In this document: piece by piece, positions 41,220 to 50,239 of the stretch
Layout of the letters: each line of letters begins with the position of its first letter
Numbering within the stretch: the first letter of the stretch is position 1
Source: an uncultured Chromatiales bacterium
GTDB taxonomy: Bacteria; Pseudomonadota; Gammaproteobacteria; Steroidobacterales; BM003
DNA: 60,381 nt
Assembly: GCA_937128475.1 (NCBI GenBank)
Contig: CAKZML010000273.1
Coordinates: forward strand, 1 to 60,381
Reading direction: 5' to 3'
Program-made: the position numbers and the translations under genes
The notes under the pieces: model-generated
The model's database searches: none
Told to the model about the DNA's origin: nothing
What the model saw: only the letters and a program-made list of their open reading frames with translations

Positions 41220-42112
41220 GTCGGCCAGACCAGCTTCCCCAGTTCCTTGAAATCGTAGCCGCCCAGCATCTGGGCCAGGCGCTGACATTCCGGCGCCCGC
41301 AATTGTTCCAGTAACTTCTGGAACAGGGTTCGGAAGAAAATCCCCCGGGGCATGGCCAGATCGAATGCCTCTGCACCGATAGGAATAAAGTCCAGTCCGA
41401 ATTCGGCAGCTGTCGCACGAACGCCCAGCGCCACATCTGCCTGGCCCATGGCTATCATGCTCGCCCCATCGCGCTCCGACAGGGCCTGGCAAGTCACCCT
41501 GCGAGCAGCCGGATTCAATCCATGCCGGGTGGTGATTTCCTGCAGGAAGCGGTTGGACCCCGCCCCTTCCTGGCGCATTACCCAGCGCACCTCTGAGGAA
41601 AACAAATCGCTGATGTCCGACTCGGCGGTCCACATACCCGGCACCACGATCAACCCCTGGTCCCGCAAGAACAACCTCACCAGTACCCACTCATGGTGCT
41701 GGGCATATTGCTTGAGCAAGGCCGGGTGACGCATGAGGCTTTCCTCGGCAGGACCCCAGTGCAAGGCACAGATATCCGCCCTGCGGCGGGCGAGCAGGGA
41801 CAGTCCAAGCTGGGTGCTGGTCGATGTGCAGCCAATCAGGGCGCGGGCCTGGATCTGGTTGGATACCTGCATGATCGCCCTGGCCAGCAGTGGATCATCA
41901 CTGCCGGCGATAATCATCCTGTCAGTGAGCAGCCCACCATGGCTGGATTCGAGTATCCATTGGTCCACCAGGTCCCGTGGGAAAAGCCATTTTCCTGTGA
42001 GCTTGCTGGCCGGAATCTTTCCCTCGTTGACCAGGGAATACACTTTTTTCTCGTTAATGTTCAGATACCGGGCGACCTGGCGAACACTCATAAACCGCGG
42101 CAGCGGCTCCAT
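41216..42112 (-). CDS. Excisionase-type HTH plus PBP-like domain transcriptional regulator (TaoR/YvgK-like architecture)
   Basis: HTH_17-like MSVRQVARYL...KKVY.L...GKIPA.K..GKW.FP; PBP-like AGSDDPLL, RQEGAGS and ADVALG...AAEFGLDFIP...E.FDL. Confidence 0.85.
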   Translation of the reverse strand: MEPLPRFMSVRQVARYLNINEKKVYSLVNEGKIPASKLTGKWLFPRDLVDQWILESSHGGLLTDRMIIAGSDDPLLARAIMQVSNQIQARALIGCTSTSTQLGLSLLARRRADICALHWGPAEESLMRHPALLKQYAQHHEWVLVRLFLRDQGLIVVPGMWTAESDISDLFSSEVRWVMRQEGAGSNRFLQEITTRHGLNPAARRVTCQALSERDGASMIAMGQADVALGVRATAAEFGLDFIPIGAEAFDLAMPRGIFFRTLFQKLLEQLRAPECQRLAQMLGGYDFKELGKLVWPT

Positions 42113-42330
42113 GGGCACGCTACCGGACTCTGCGGCCGCCCTGAATGGCCCTTCCAATCTGCGGCTGATTGTTGCTATCCCCATATGCGGTGTCCTGATG
42201 TTGACGGCACCGTAATCATCTCCGATCACCGGTGCTCAACAAGCAGCGATGCAAAAAGTATTCCCTGAACCGCAGAACGACCAAGCGCCCTACTGGATCG
42301 CCTGTTCAACCATGCGGAAACTCAAAAGAT

Positions 42331-42378
42331 AGTGACAAAATGTCCCAGCCTATCTACCCCGTGGCGCATTTTGTCCCT
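42331..42378. promoter_or_regulatory. Enhancer-like (UAS) pair for the DUF3305 promoter
   Basis: AGTGACA-AAA-TGTCCCA (42331) and TGGCGCA-TTT-TGTCCCT (42362), 31 bp apart. Confidence 0.55.
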
Positions 42379-42440
42379 GCATTCCCGGCATAAACCCCAA
42401 TGGGATTACCGGCCACGGGAACTAACACCGAAATCGCGCT

Positions 42441-42455
42441 TGGTACGCAACTTGC
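42441..42455 (+). promoter_or_regulatory. Sigma-54 promoter of the DUF3305-DUF3306-ferredoxin operon
   Basis: TGGTACGCAACTTGC (GG-N10-GC). Confidence 0.75.
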
Positions 42456-42557
42456 TTCGTCCTAAAGGCAGTCGCGCATCCAGCGACAGGGAGCGCTGCC
42501 TGACCCGCGCTAAACGCTGGGGAAAACTTGTAAGAACTGGAGGCTGTCCAAAGATTT

Positions 42558-43037
42558 ATGAGCAACCAACTGACCATACCGGTTTCCGTGATCATGCAGA
42601 CCAAACAGGTCAAGCAGGGGCAATGGAGTGTCGCCAGTTGGGAGGCTGTCGGCGTCATGCCCTTCGACCCCGAATCCGGCGTCCAGCGCAAACAACTGAT
42701 GCGCGATGGGGCCGACCTGCAGCATTACCTGTGGTCCGGGTTCCGGATGTGCCTTTATCGAGATGGCGCTGAAAACTACTGGTACAACCTGGTTGGAAAC
42801 AATCCCTCCCTGTATGTGCTCTGTCATGAAGATCCGAATGGCGATGTAGAGCCGTTTGCGGTGACCGCAAACCACGATGAGGCAAGTGCCGGCATAGAGG
42901 GTGACGATCGCGTCTACTCGGTACCGATAGCTCCGGAAATCTACCGGCAACTGGAGAGTTTCGTGGTGCAACACTATGTGCCCAAGGAAAAGTCGGTTCG
43001 GAAGCGCAAGAAGTGGCTGGACGAGAAGCCCTCATGA
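42558..43037 (+). CDS. DUF3305-family protein (FDH-associated)
   Basis: LYRDGAENYW.NL...PSLYV, VTA..DEA, F...HY..K...RKRK; first gene of the usual FDH accessory set. Confidence 0.82.
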   Translation: MSNQLTIPVSVIMQTKQVKQGQWSVASWEAVGVMPFDPESGVQRKQLMRDGADLQHYLWSGFRMCLYRDGAENYWYNLVGNNPSLYVLCHEDPNGDVEPFAVTANHDEASAGIEGDDRVYSVPIAPEIYRQLESFVVQHYVPKEKSVRKRKKWLDEKPS

Positions 43038-43591
43038 GTGAATCAGACCAGGATCCCAGGGAACTGGAAACCGCGGACCCGGACGTCCCGGCGGAAGATT
43101 TCATATCCCGATGGTCCCAGCGCAAGAGCGAGGCCCGGGAGCCACAGGCGGAGCCCAAGGCGGAGGCGGGTGAGGCTGTCGAAACAGAGCAACCTGTGCT
43201 CACCGACGCCGATATGCCCCCCCTGGAAAGCCTGGACCAGGACTCGGATTTCAGCGGTTTTCTCTCTGCAGGGGTGAGTGAAAAATTACGCAAGACGGCC
43301 CTGCGAAAAATGTTCCATGGAGCAAAGTTCAATATCACCGACGGGATGGACGACTACGCCGAGGACTATTCAATCTGGGTACCCCTGGGCGATGTGGTGA
43401 CCTGTGATATGAAGCACGCTATAGAGCGTATGAAAGAAAAACTGCAGCAAACCCTTGACGATGCAAAAGAAAAACTCACCGATGACTCCCCTGCCGACAA
43501 TGAAGCGGCGGACGAAATCGAAGATCTGCCGGACGAGACCAAGAACAGCAACTTGAAGACGGAGACACAGGATGACCAAGGCCAGTCATGA
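43034..43591 (+). CDS. DUF3306-family protein (FDH-associated)
   Basis: FISRWSQRK, SDFSGFL..GV...LR..ALRK.F....FN..DG.DDY.EDY; ATGA overlap with DUF3305. Confidence 0.85.
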   Translation: MSESDQDPRELETADPDVPAEDFISRWSQRKSEAREPQAEPKAEAGEAVETEQPVLTDADMPPLESLDQDSDFSGFLSAGVSEKLRKTALRKMFHGAKFNITDGMDDYAEDYSIWVPLGDVVTCDMKHAIERMKEKLQQTLDDAKEKLTDDSPADNEAADEIEDLPDETKNSNLKTETQDDQGQS

Positions 43592-45233
43592 ACTTCCCAG
43601 CACCGGCGCCAATGGCGCTGCACGAGCCAGGGCACTGGCCGGGGAGCCGCAACACGAGTTCACTCCTACCTCTCTGGTCAACTACGTCTCCCAGGGACGT
43701 TTGCTGATTATCGGCCCAGACTCGGATTGCCTGTCCACGGCGGCAACACTACGGGACGATCTGGAATGCACGCTCTGGGTGCCCTCTGATACGCCTCCTG
43801 TTACCTCCCTGGAAAACGGCTTTCGCGTCATCCGTGGTGGGCGGCCCGCACTGAAAGGCGCATTGGGGCAATACAAAATCTCGGTAATCCAGCCCGATGA
43901 TGCGTCGCCGCTGGACAAGAAACTCCTGGAGTACGACCTGGTGCTGGACCAGGGGTCGCCCAGGTTGATTGACGCGGAAATCCTGCCTGTCGGCTATTAC
44001 TCCCCATCCAGCCCCGAGAGCCTGGAACGGGACCTCAAGCTTCTCCCTGGCATGACCGGTGAATTCGAGAAGCCAAAATATTTCCAGTACAACCCGGACA
44101 TTTGCGCCCACGGACGCAGCGGCGTACCCGGGTGCACCCGCTGCCTGGATGCCTGTCCGGCGGTGGCCATTACATCGCTGGGCGACACGGTAAGCGTGGA
44201 TCCCTATTTATGCCAGGGCGGTGGCAGTTGTGTTGCGGCCTGCCCTACCGGCGCCATGACCTACGCCTTCCCCAAGGTCAGCGAGCTGCTGGGCCACATA
44301 CAAACACTGCTTACCGCCTACCAGGAAGCCGGCGGAGAAGACCCCATCCTGTTGTTTCACGACGGCTGGAGCGGCATGGCAATTTATGGCGGGTTGGCAG
44401 AGTCGCTGTCCGAGCGAATCATCCCTGTTCAACTCGAAGAAATTGGCTCCATCGGCATGGACGCCTGGATGGCCAGCCTGGCGTTTGGTGCGGCGGGCGT
44501 GCTGATGGCGGTGACTGGCGGCACACCGGCCAGGATGCGCTCCGAACTGGCCGACCAGATCAGTTTTTCCCAGCCCATTCTCCAGGGCATGGGATATCCC
44601 GAAGACTGCCTCGGGCTGGTGGATGTAGAACAACCTGACGCCGCCGGGCGGCTTGGAGACTCGCTTCCTCGTTCCCAGGTGAAGCGGGCGGCGCGCTTCG
44701 TGCCCCAGGAAGACAAGCGGACCACCCTGCGCAACGCATTTAACCACCTGTATTCCCAGGCCGGCTCCACCCGAAAATCGGTGGATTTACCTGCTGCGGC
44801 GCCATTCGGTGATATTCGCGTGGACAAGCAGGCCTGCACCCTGTGCATGGGATGCGTGGCGGTTTGCCCCACCAAGGCCCTGCGTGACGGCGCCGACCTG
44901 CCCCAGCTCAAGTTCATGGAGTGGGACTGCGTGCAGTGCGGCCTGTGTGAAAAAGCCTGCCCCGAAGATGCCATCACACGGCATGCCCGGTTTGTTTATG
45001 ACAACGACAAGCGCCACCAGGTGCGGCTGCTGAATGAGGAGCAGCCCCTGTGCTGCATCGTCTGTGGCAAGGCCTTCGCCACCCAGTCCATGCTGAAAGT
45101 CGTCAGCGAGAAACTGGATGGCCACTGGATGTTCCAGACAGAGGACGCCAAGCGACGGCTGTACATGTGTGAACACTGCAGGGTGAAGGACATGATGCAG
45201 TCCCAGGCTGATAAGTCTGACATGCCCATTTAG
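43572..45233 (+). CDS. Polyferredoxin-like 4Fe-4S protein (FDH-associated)
   Basis: CAH...GCTRCLDACP, CQGGGSCVAACP, CTLCMGCVAVCP, CVQCGLCEKACP; C-terminal CIVCG...CEHC. Confidence 0.9.
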   Translation: MTKASHELPSTGANGAARARALAGEPQHEFTPTSLVNYVSQGRLLIIGPDSDCLSTAATLRDDLECTLWVPSDTPPVTSLENGFRVIRGGRPALKGALGQYKISVIQPDDASPLDKKLLEYDLVLDQGSPRLIDAEILPVGYYSPSSPESLERDLKLLPGMTGEFEKPKYFQYNPDICAHGRSGVPGCTRCLDACPAVAITSLGDTVSVDPYLCQGGGSCVAACPTGAMTYAFPKVSELLGHIQTLLTAYQEAGGEDPILLFHDGWSGMAIYGGLAESLSERIIPVQLEEIGSIGMDAWMASLAFGAAGVLMAVTGGTPARMRSELADQISFSQPILQGMGYPEDCLGLVDVEQPDAAGRLGDSLPRSQVKRAARFVPQEDKRTTLRNAFNHLYSQAGSTRKSVDLPAAAPFGDIRVDKQACTLCMGCVAVCPTKALRDGADLPQLKFMEWDCVQCGLCEKACPEDAITRHARFVYDNDKRHQVRLLNEEQPLCCIVCGKAFATQSMLKVVSEKLDGHWMFQTEDAKRRLYMCEHCRVKDMMQSQADKSDMPI

Positions 45234-45278
45234 TCCCCAATTGCCAACATATGACTCAGGTTGAGCCAAATTGTCGCA
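45222..45278. promoter_or_regulatory. Enhancer-like (UAS) sites for the fdh promoter
   Basis: TGAGCCA-AAT-TGTCGCA (45262), with weaker copies at 45242 and 45222. Confidence 0.5.
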
Positions 45279-45347
45279 GCCGGGTCACAAAAATTTGAAT
45301 TATTTGAAGTTATAGGTTCGTTTTACTCCGATATTTCCAAAAATACT

Positions 45348-45362
45348 TGGCCCACAACTTGC
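45348..45362 (+). promoter_or_regulatory. Sigma-54 promoter of the torD-fdhABC operon
   Basis: TGGCCCACAACTTGC (GG-N10-GC), preceded by an AT-rich stretch. Confidence 0.75.
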
Positions 45363-45398
45363 TTTTATTTAGGTCTGAATAGACCAAGAAGGTGACGA

Positions 45399-46064
45399 TT
45401 GTCCGAAGCACCCCAGACCAGTGAAGCCGAAGTCCGGCAATCGGGTGGCCCCACAGAGGCCCCCGAGGATGTGTTGCGCGCCAACACCTATAGTCTGCTT
45501 GCCCATTTACTGTCCGCACCACCGGTTGAAGACAGCCTGAACCTGCTCTCCCGGATCGATGTACAAGACAGTGAGTCAGGAGACCTGCTGGGTGCAGCAT
45601 GGCAAATGCTGCGCCAGGCCGCCGGCCGATCCGACACCGCAGAACTCAATGACGAGTATCACGATCTGTTTACCGGCATGGGTCGGGGCGAACTCATGCC
45701 CTTCGGCTCCTGGTACATGACAGGATTTCTGATGGAGCAGCCCCTGGCCAAGCTTCGGGGTGATTTGCTGGAGCTGGGATTCGCGCGCCAGGAAGGCGTC
45801 ACCGACCCTGAAGATCACGCAGCGGCCCTGTGCGAAGTCATGTCCATGATTACCACCACTGACCTGGCTGCCCAGGGCCAGTTTTTCCAACGTCACATCG
45901 CAACCTGGATGCCGCGCTTTTTCCGCGACATGCAGGAAGCATCCTCCGCGCGTTTTTACCGCGCGGTGGGGCAACTGGGTGAGCAATTTATGGAAGTGGA
46001 GAAGGAATACCTCCGCTTTTGGGAGCCGTCAGAGCCAGCTAACGCTGGGGAACGGCAAAACTGA
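45399..46064 (+). CDS. TorD/DmsD-family molybdoenzyme chaperone
   Basis: RANTY.LL..LL..PP, EY.DLF.G.GRGE..PFGSWY.TGFL.E.PLA.LR and PEDH.AALCE.M; TTG start. Confidence 0.93.
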   Translation: MSEAPQTSEAEVRQSGGPTEAPEDVLRANTYSLLAHLLSAPPVEDSLNLLSRIDVQDSESGDLLGAAWQMLRQAAGRSDTAELNDEYHDLFTGMGRGELMPFGSWYMTGFLMEQPLAKLRGDLLELGFARQEGVTDPEDHAAALCEVMSMITTTDLAAQGQFFQRHIATWMPRFFRDMQEASSARFYRAVGQLGEQFMEVEKEYLRFWEPSEPANAGERQN

Positions 46065-46111
46065 AATATCGAAACCGATGACGACCAAGCAGTCTGATTG
46101 AGGAGAGTGTA

Positions 46112-46318
46112 ATGACCCGGGAATCGCAAGTGGATAAGAAAAGCAGGCGAACATTCCTCAAGGAACTTGCGGTAGCCGGTGGTGCGGCAGCCGTAGTATC
46201 TGCCGCCGGCACGGCAAATGCGGAACCAACACCTGTTGCAACCAATGAAAAGCCCCATGCCAAGGGCTACCACCTCACGCCGCACATCAATCGTTATTAC
46301 CAAAAGGCCCGCTTCTGA
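46112..46318 (+). CDS. Small twin-arginine protein of formate dehydrogenase loci
   Basis: SRRTFLK Tat motif; KGYH.T.H...YY..ARF C-terminus; RBS GAGGAG. Confidence 0.88.
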   Translation: MTRESQVDKKSRRTFLKELAVAGGAAAVVSAAGTANAEPTPVATNEKPHAKGYHLTPHINRYYQKARF

Positions 46319-46372
46319 TTGAAGTGACCGATGTGCTGATGCGTTAAAGAACTACAGTGAGGAGTCTCAGCG

Positions 46373-49285
46373 ATGAAGCTGACAAAAAAACGAGACCTTA
46401 GCCCTGATGGAACCACAGTTCCTTTAAAAGGAATCCTTGGTAGCGCGATCGACAGGCGCACCTTTTTACGTCGCACCAGCCTGGCTGTTGGCGGCGGTGC
46501 AGTAGCCGGAGCACTGCAACCGGTCATGATGCGGCGCGCTGAAGCGGCAGCCGGTGCGGCCGGAGGCGAAACCGAAATTCGTAAATCGGTTTGTACGCAC
46601 TGTTCTGTCGGCTGCGGCGTTGTTGCAGAAGTGCAAAACGGCGTATGGACCGGACAGGAACCGGATTTTGATTCCCCGTTCAACCTGGGTGGTCATTGCG
46701 CCAAGGGCGCATCGGTTCGCGAGCATGGACACGGTGAACGCCGTCTGAAACATCCCATGAAGCTCACTGGCGGCAAATGGAAGCAGGTGTCCTGGGACGA
46801 GGCCATCAACGAGATTGGCGACAAGGTGCTTGATATTCGCAAGCGCTCAGGCCCTGATTCGGTGTACTGGCTGGGCTCCGCCAAATTTAATAACGAGCAG
46901 GCTTACCTGTTCCGCAAATTTGCCGGCCTGTGGGGCACGAACAACGTGGACCACCAGGCGCGAATTTGTCACTCCACCACCGTGGCAGGCGTAGCGAATA
47001 CATGGGGCTACGGCGCCATGACCAATTCCTACAACGACATGCATAACAGCAAGGCGATGTTCTTCATCGGCAGTAATGCCGCGGAAGCCCACCCGGTTGC
47101 CATGCAGCACATTCTGAAAGGCAAGGAAAACGGCGCGAAGATGATCGTGGTTGACCCGCGTTTCACACGTACCGCCGCCCACGCCGACCAGTTCATGCGG
47201 ATTCGTCCCGGAACCGACGTGCCGCTGATCTGGGGAATGCTGTACCACATCTTCGAGAACGGCTGGGAAGACAAGGAATACATCCGCCAGCGCGTATTCG
47301 GACTTGACGAGATCCGAAAGGAAGTCGCCAAGTGGACTCCGGACGAGGTGGAAAGAGTCTCCGGCGTACCTGGTGACCAGGTGAAACTGGCGGCCCAGAC
47401 CATGGCCGAAAATCGACCCGGAACCATCGTCTGGTGTATGGGCGGCACCCAGCACACCATCGGTAACAACAACACCCGCGCCTACTGCGTGCTGCAACTG
47501 GCACTGGGTAACGTGGGCGTTTCCGGCGGCGGCGCCAACATCTTCCGCGGCCACGATAACGTGCAGGGCGCAACTGACCTTGGAATCCTCTCTCACACGC
47601 TGCCCGGCTACTACGGCCTGGCAGAAGGCTCCTGGGCCCATTGGGCACGAGTCTGGGGTGTGGACTTCGACTGGCTGAAGGGTCGTTTCGACACCGGCTA
47701 CATGGACACCAAGACCGGGGACGAGGATGGGGCAATGGGCATTCCTTTTGCCAACCCCATGAACTCGGCCGGCATACCGGTATCGCGCTGGATTGACGGT
47801 GTGCTGGAAGACAGCCGCAACATTGACCAGCGAGACAATCTGAAAGCGATGTTCTTCTGGGGACATGCTCCCAACAGCCAGACCCGCGGCCCGGAAATGA
47901 AGAAGGCCCTGGAAACCCTGGAAATGGTAGTGGTCGTCGATCCCTACCCGACCCACACGGCTGTAATGCCTGATCGTCAGGAAGGCATGTACCTGCTGCC
48001 CGCAGCAACCCAGTTCGAGACTTACGGATCGGTTACCGCGTCCAACCGCTCATTCCAGTGGCGCGACAAATTGATCGAACCATTGTTTGAAGCACTGCCC
48101 GATCACACCATCATGTACAAGATGGCCAAGAAGCTGGGCTTTGCTGACGAGCTGTTCAAGAACATACAGGTCAACAGCGCTGACGAGCCCCTGATCGAGG
48201 ACATCCTGAGAGAAATCAATCGCGGCATGTGGACTATCGGCTATACCGGCCAGAGTCCAGAAAGACTGAAGCTGCAGTTGCTTAACAAGCACACCTTCAA
48301 CACCACGACCTTGTTAGCCGAAGGTGGTCCTTGCGATGGCGAGTACTACGGTCTGCCGTGGCCATGTTGGGGCACGCCGGAAATGAAACATCCGGGCACT
48401 CCGATACTCTACGACACCAGCAAGTCTGTAGCGGATGGCGGACTGAATTTCCGCGCCCGTTTCGGTGTCGAGTTCGAGGGCAAGAACCTGCTGGCCGAGG
48501 ACTCCTACAGCGTAGGCGCAGAGATTCAGGACGGTTATCCGGAATTCAGTGCGGACATGCTCAAGCAGTTGGGCTGGTGGAAAGACCTGACCGCGGAAGA
48601 AAAAGCTGCCGCGGAAGGAAAGAACTGGAAGACCGACCTGTCTGGCGGTATTCAGCGTGTAGCCATCGCTCACGGTTGTGCACCATTTGGCAACGCCAAG
48701 GCGCGCGCCATCGTCTGGACATTCCCGGATCGAGTGCCGATTCATCGCGAACCCCTGTACACGTCACGGCGTGACCTGGTGGAAAAATATCCCACCTACG
48801 AGGATCGCAAGAGTCACTATCGTCTACCCACCCGTTATGCCTCCATCCAGGCCCAGGACAAGACATCTGAGTATCCCTTGATCCTGACCAGCGGAAGATT
48901 GGTTGAATACGAGGGTGGCGGCGATGAAACCCGCTCCAACCCCTGGTTGGCTGAGCTGCAACAAGAGATGTTCGCCGAGATTCATCCCGGAGACGCCAAT
49001 GACACCGGCATCCGTGACGGCGACTGGATCTGGCTCGAAGGTGCGGAAGGTGCAAAGGTGAAAGTTCGGGCCCAGATCACCGAGAGAGTCGGACGCGGCG
49101 TGGTATTTATGCCATTCCACTTCGCCGGCTGGTATGAAGGCAAGGACCTGCTCGACAAGTATCCGGAAGGCGCGGCACCTTATGTGCGCGGCGAGGCGGC
49201 CAACCAGGCCTTCACCTACGGTTATGACTCGGTTACCCAGATGCAGGAAACCAAGTGCACCCTTTGCAAGATCAGCGCGGCCTGA
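46373..49285 (+). CDS. fdhA: Periplasmic formate dehydrogenase alpha subunit (bis-MGD, Cys ligand)
   Basis: Tat motif IDRRTFL, CTHCSVGC...HCAKG, DHQARICHS (Cys codon TGT), RGHDNVQG and LTSGRLVEY.GGG.ETRS. Confidence 0.95.
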   Translation: MKLTKKRDLSPDGTTVPLKGILGSAIDRRTFLRRTSLAVGGGAVAGALQPVMMRRAEAAAGAAGGETEIRKSVCTHCSVGCGVVAEVQNGVWTGQEPDFDSPFNLGGHCAKGASVREHGHGERRLKHPMKLTGGKWKQVSWDEAINEIGDKVLDIRKRSGPDSVYWLGSAKFNNEQAYLFRKFAGLWGTNNVDHQARICHSTTVAGVANTWGYGAMTNSYNDMHNSKAMFFIGSNAAEAHPVAMQHILKGKENGAKMIVVDPRFTRTAAHADQFMRIRPGTDVPLIWGMLYHIFENGWEDKEYIRQRVFGLDEIRKEVAKWTPDEVERVSGVPGDQVKLAAQTMAENRPGTIVWCMGGTQHTIGNNNTRAYCVLQLALGNVGVSGGGANIFRGHDNVQGATDLGILSHTLPGYYGLAEGSWAHWARVWGVDFDWLKGRFDTGYMDTKTGDEDGAMGIPFANPMNSAGIPVSRWIDGVLEDSRNIDQRDNLKAMFFWGHAPNSQTRGPEMKKALETLEMVVVVDPYPTHTAVMPDRQEGMYLLPAATQFETYGSVTASNRSFQWRDKLIEPLFEALPDHTIMYKMAKKLGFADELFKNIQVNSADEPLIEDILREINRGMWTIGYTGQSPERLKLQLLNKHTFNTTTLLAEGGPCDGEYYGLPWPCWGTPEMKHPGTPILYDTSKSVADGGLNFRARFGVEFEGKNLLAEDSYSVGAEIQDGYPEFSADMLKQLGWWKDLTAEEKAAAEGKNWKTDLSGGIQRVAIAHGCAPFGNAKARAIVWTFPDRVPIHREPLYTSRRDLVEKYPTYEDRKSHYRLPTRYASIQAQDKTSEYPLILTSGRLVEYEGGGDETRSNPWLAELQQEMFAEIHPGDANDTGIRDGDWIWLEGAEGAKVKVRAQITERVGRGVVFMPFHFAGWYEGKDLLDKYPEGAAPYVRGEAANQAFTYGYDSVTQMQETKCTLCKISAA

Positions 49286-49299
49286 GGAGGATATAGATC

Positions 49300-49890
49300 A
49301 TGGCAAGAATGAAATTTCTTTGTGATGCCGAGCGCTGCATTGAATGCAATGGCTGCGTAACCGCATGTAAAAACGAGCACGAAGTCCCGTGGGGTGTTAA
49401 TCGCCGTCGCGTGGTCACTTTGGATGACGGTGTACCGGGTGAGAAATCCATCTCGGTGGCCTGCATGCATTGCAGCGACGCACCTTGCGCCGCTGTGTGT
49501 CCCGTCGACTGCTTCTACACCACCGACGATGGCATCGTTCTGCACGACAAGGACCTGTGCATTGGCTGCGGCTACTGCTTCTACGCATGTCCTTTCGGCG
49601 CGCCACAGTATCCCCAGAAAGAGGCCTTCGGGGTCAGGGGAAAAATGGACAAGTGCACCTTCTGCGCAGGCGGTCCCGAGGAAGATGGATCCCAGGCCGA
49701 GTTCGAGAAATACGGCCGGAATCGTATCTCCGAGGGCAAACTGCCACTATGTGCAGAGATGTGCTCGACCAAGGCGCTCCTGGGAGGTGATGGCGACATG
49801 GTGGCTGACATCTATCGCGAACGCGTCCTGAAGCGGAGCTCTCGTCCCCAAACCTGGGGCTGGGGAGTTGCTTACAAGGCTGACAGCTAG
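49300..49890 (+). CDS. fdhB: Formate dehydrogenase iron-sulfur subunit beta
   Basis: CIECNGC..AC, CMHC..APC..VCP, CIGCGYC..ACP and KCTFC...CAEMC. Confidence 0.95.
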   Translation: MARMKFLCDAERCIECNGCVTACKNEHEVPWGVNRRRVVTLDDGVPGEKSISVACMHCSDAPCAAVCPVDCFYTTDDGIVLHDKDLCIGCGYCFYACPFGAPQYPQKEAFGVRGKMDKCTFCAGGPEEDGSQAEFEKYGRNRISEGKLPLCAEMCSTKALLGGDGDMVADIYRERVLKRSSRPQTWGWGVAYKADS

Positions 49891-49901
49891 GCCGTGGCAT
49901 T

Positions 49902-49924
49902 CCGGGTCGGCCTGGCCGACCCGG
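49902..49924. other. Perfect inverted repeat after fdhB (no U-tract)
   Basis: CCGGGTCGGCC-T-GGCCGACCCGG. Confidence 0.7.
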
Positions 49925-49956
49925 TAAACCACCGCACAGCACTAAGGAGAATCGTG

Positions 49957-50151
49957 ATGCGAAAAGTAACCGTTACCCTGTTAATCATGGCCTCTTTCGC
50001 CATGGGGGGTTGTTACGAGGATACCGACATTACCCTGCATGACCCGGGGGTCTATCGGGGCACCACAGATCCATTGCTGGCAAAGCAGGCCAATCCGGAA
50101 CAGCAGGCCAAGTTGGCCGCGCGTTTCCTGGAAGGGCAGTCAGACCGCTAG
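49957..50151 (+). CDS. Small predicted lipoprotein inside the fdh operon
   Basis: RBS AAGGAG; MRK plus hydrophobic core plus MGGC lipobox-like motif; 64 aa. Confidence 0.72.
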   Translation: MRKVTVTLLIMASFAMGGCYEDTDITLHDPGVYRGTTDPLLAKQANPEQQAKLAARFLEGQSDR

Positions 50152-50239
50152 GACGGAACAACGACAAAAGAGGCTCTGCAGATGCACTTGCTGAAACAAC
50201 AGGAAGCAAAGACTGTAGAGCACAGGAGGACTTGAGGCG

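Noticed and set aside
41990-42112. Excisionase as a sign of a prophage or ICE
   Set aside because: The HTH is fused to a PBP-like sensor domain, and there is no integrase or att site in the window.
46950-46990. Selenocysteine/SECIS in the formate dehydrogenases
   Set aside because: Both active-site codons are TGT (RICH in FdhA, RLCH in the cytoplasmic alpha subunit); no in-frame TGA.
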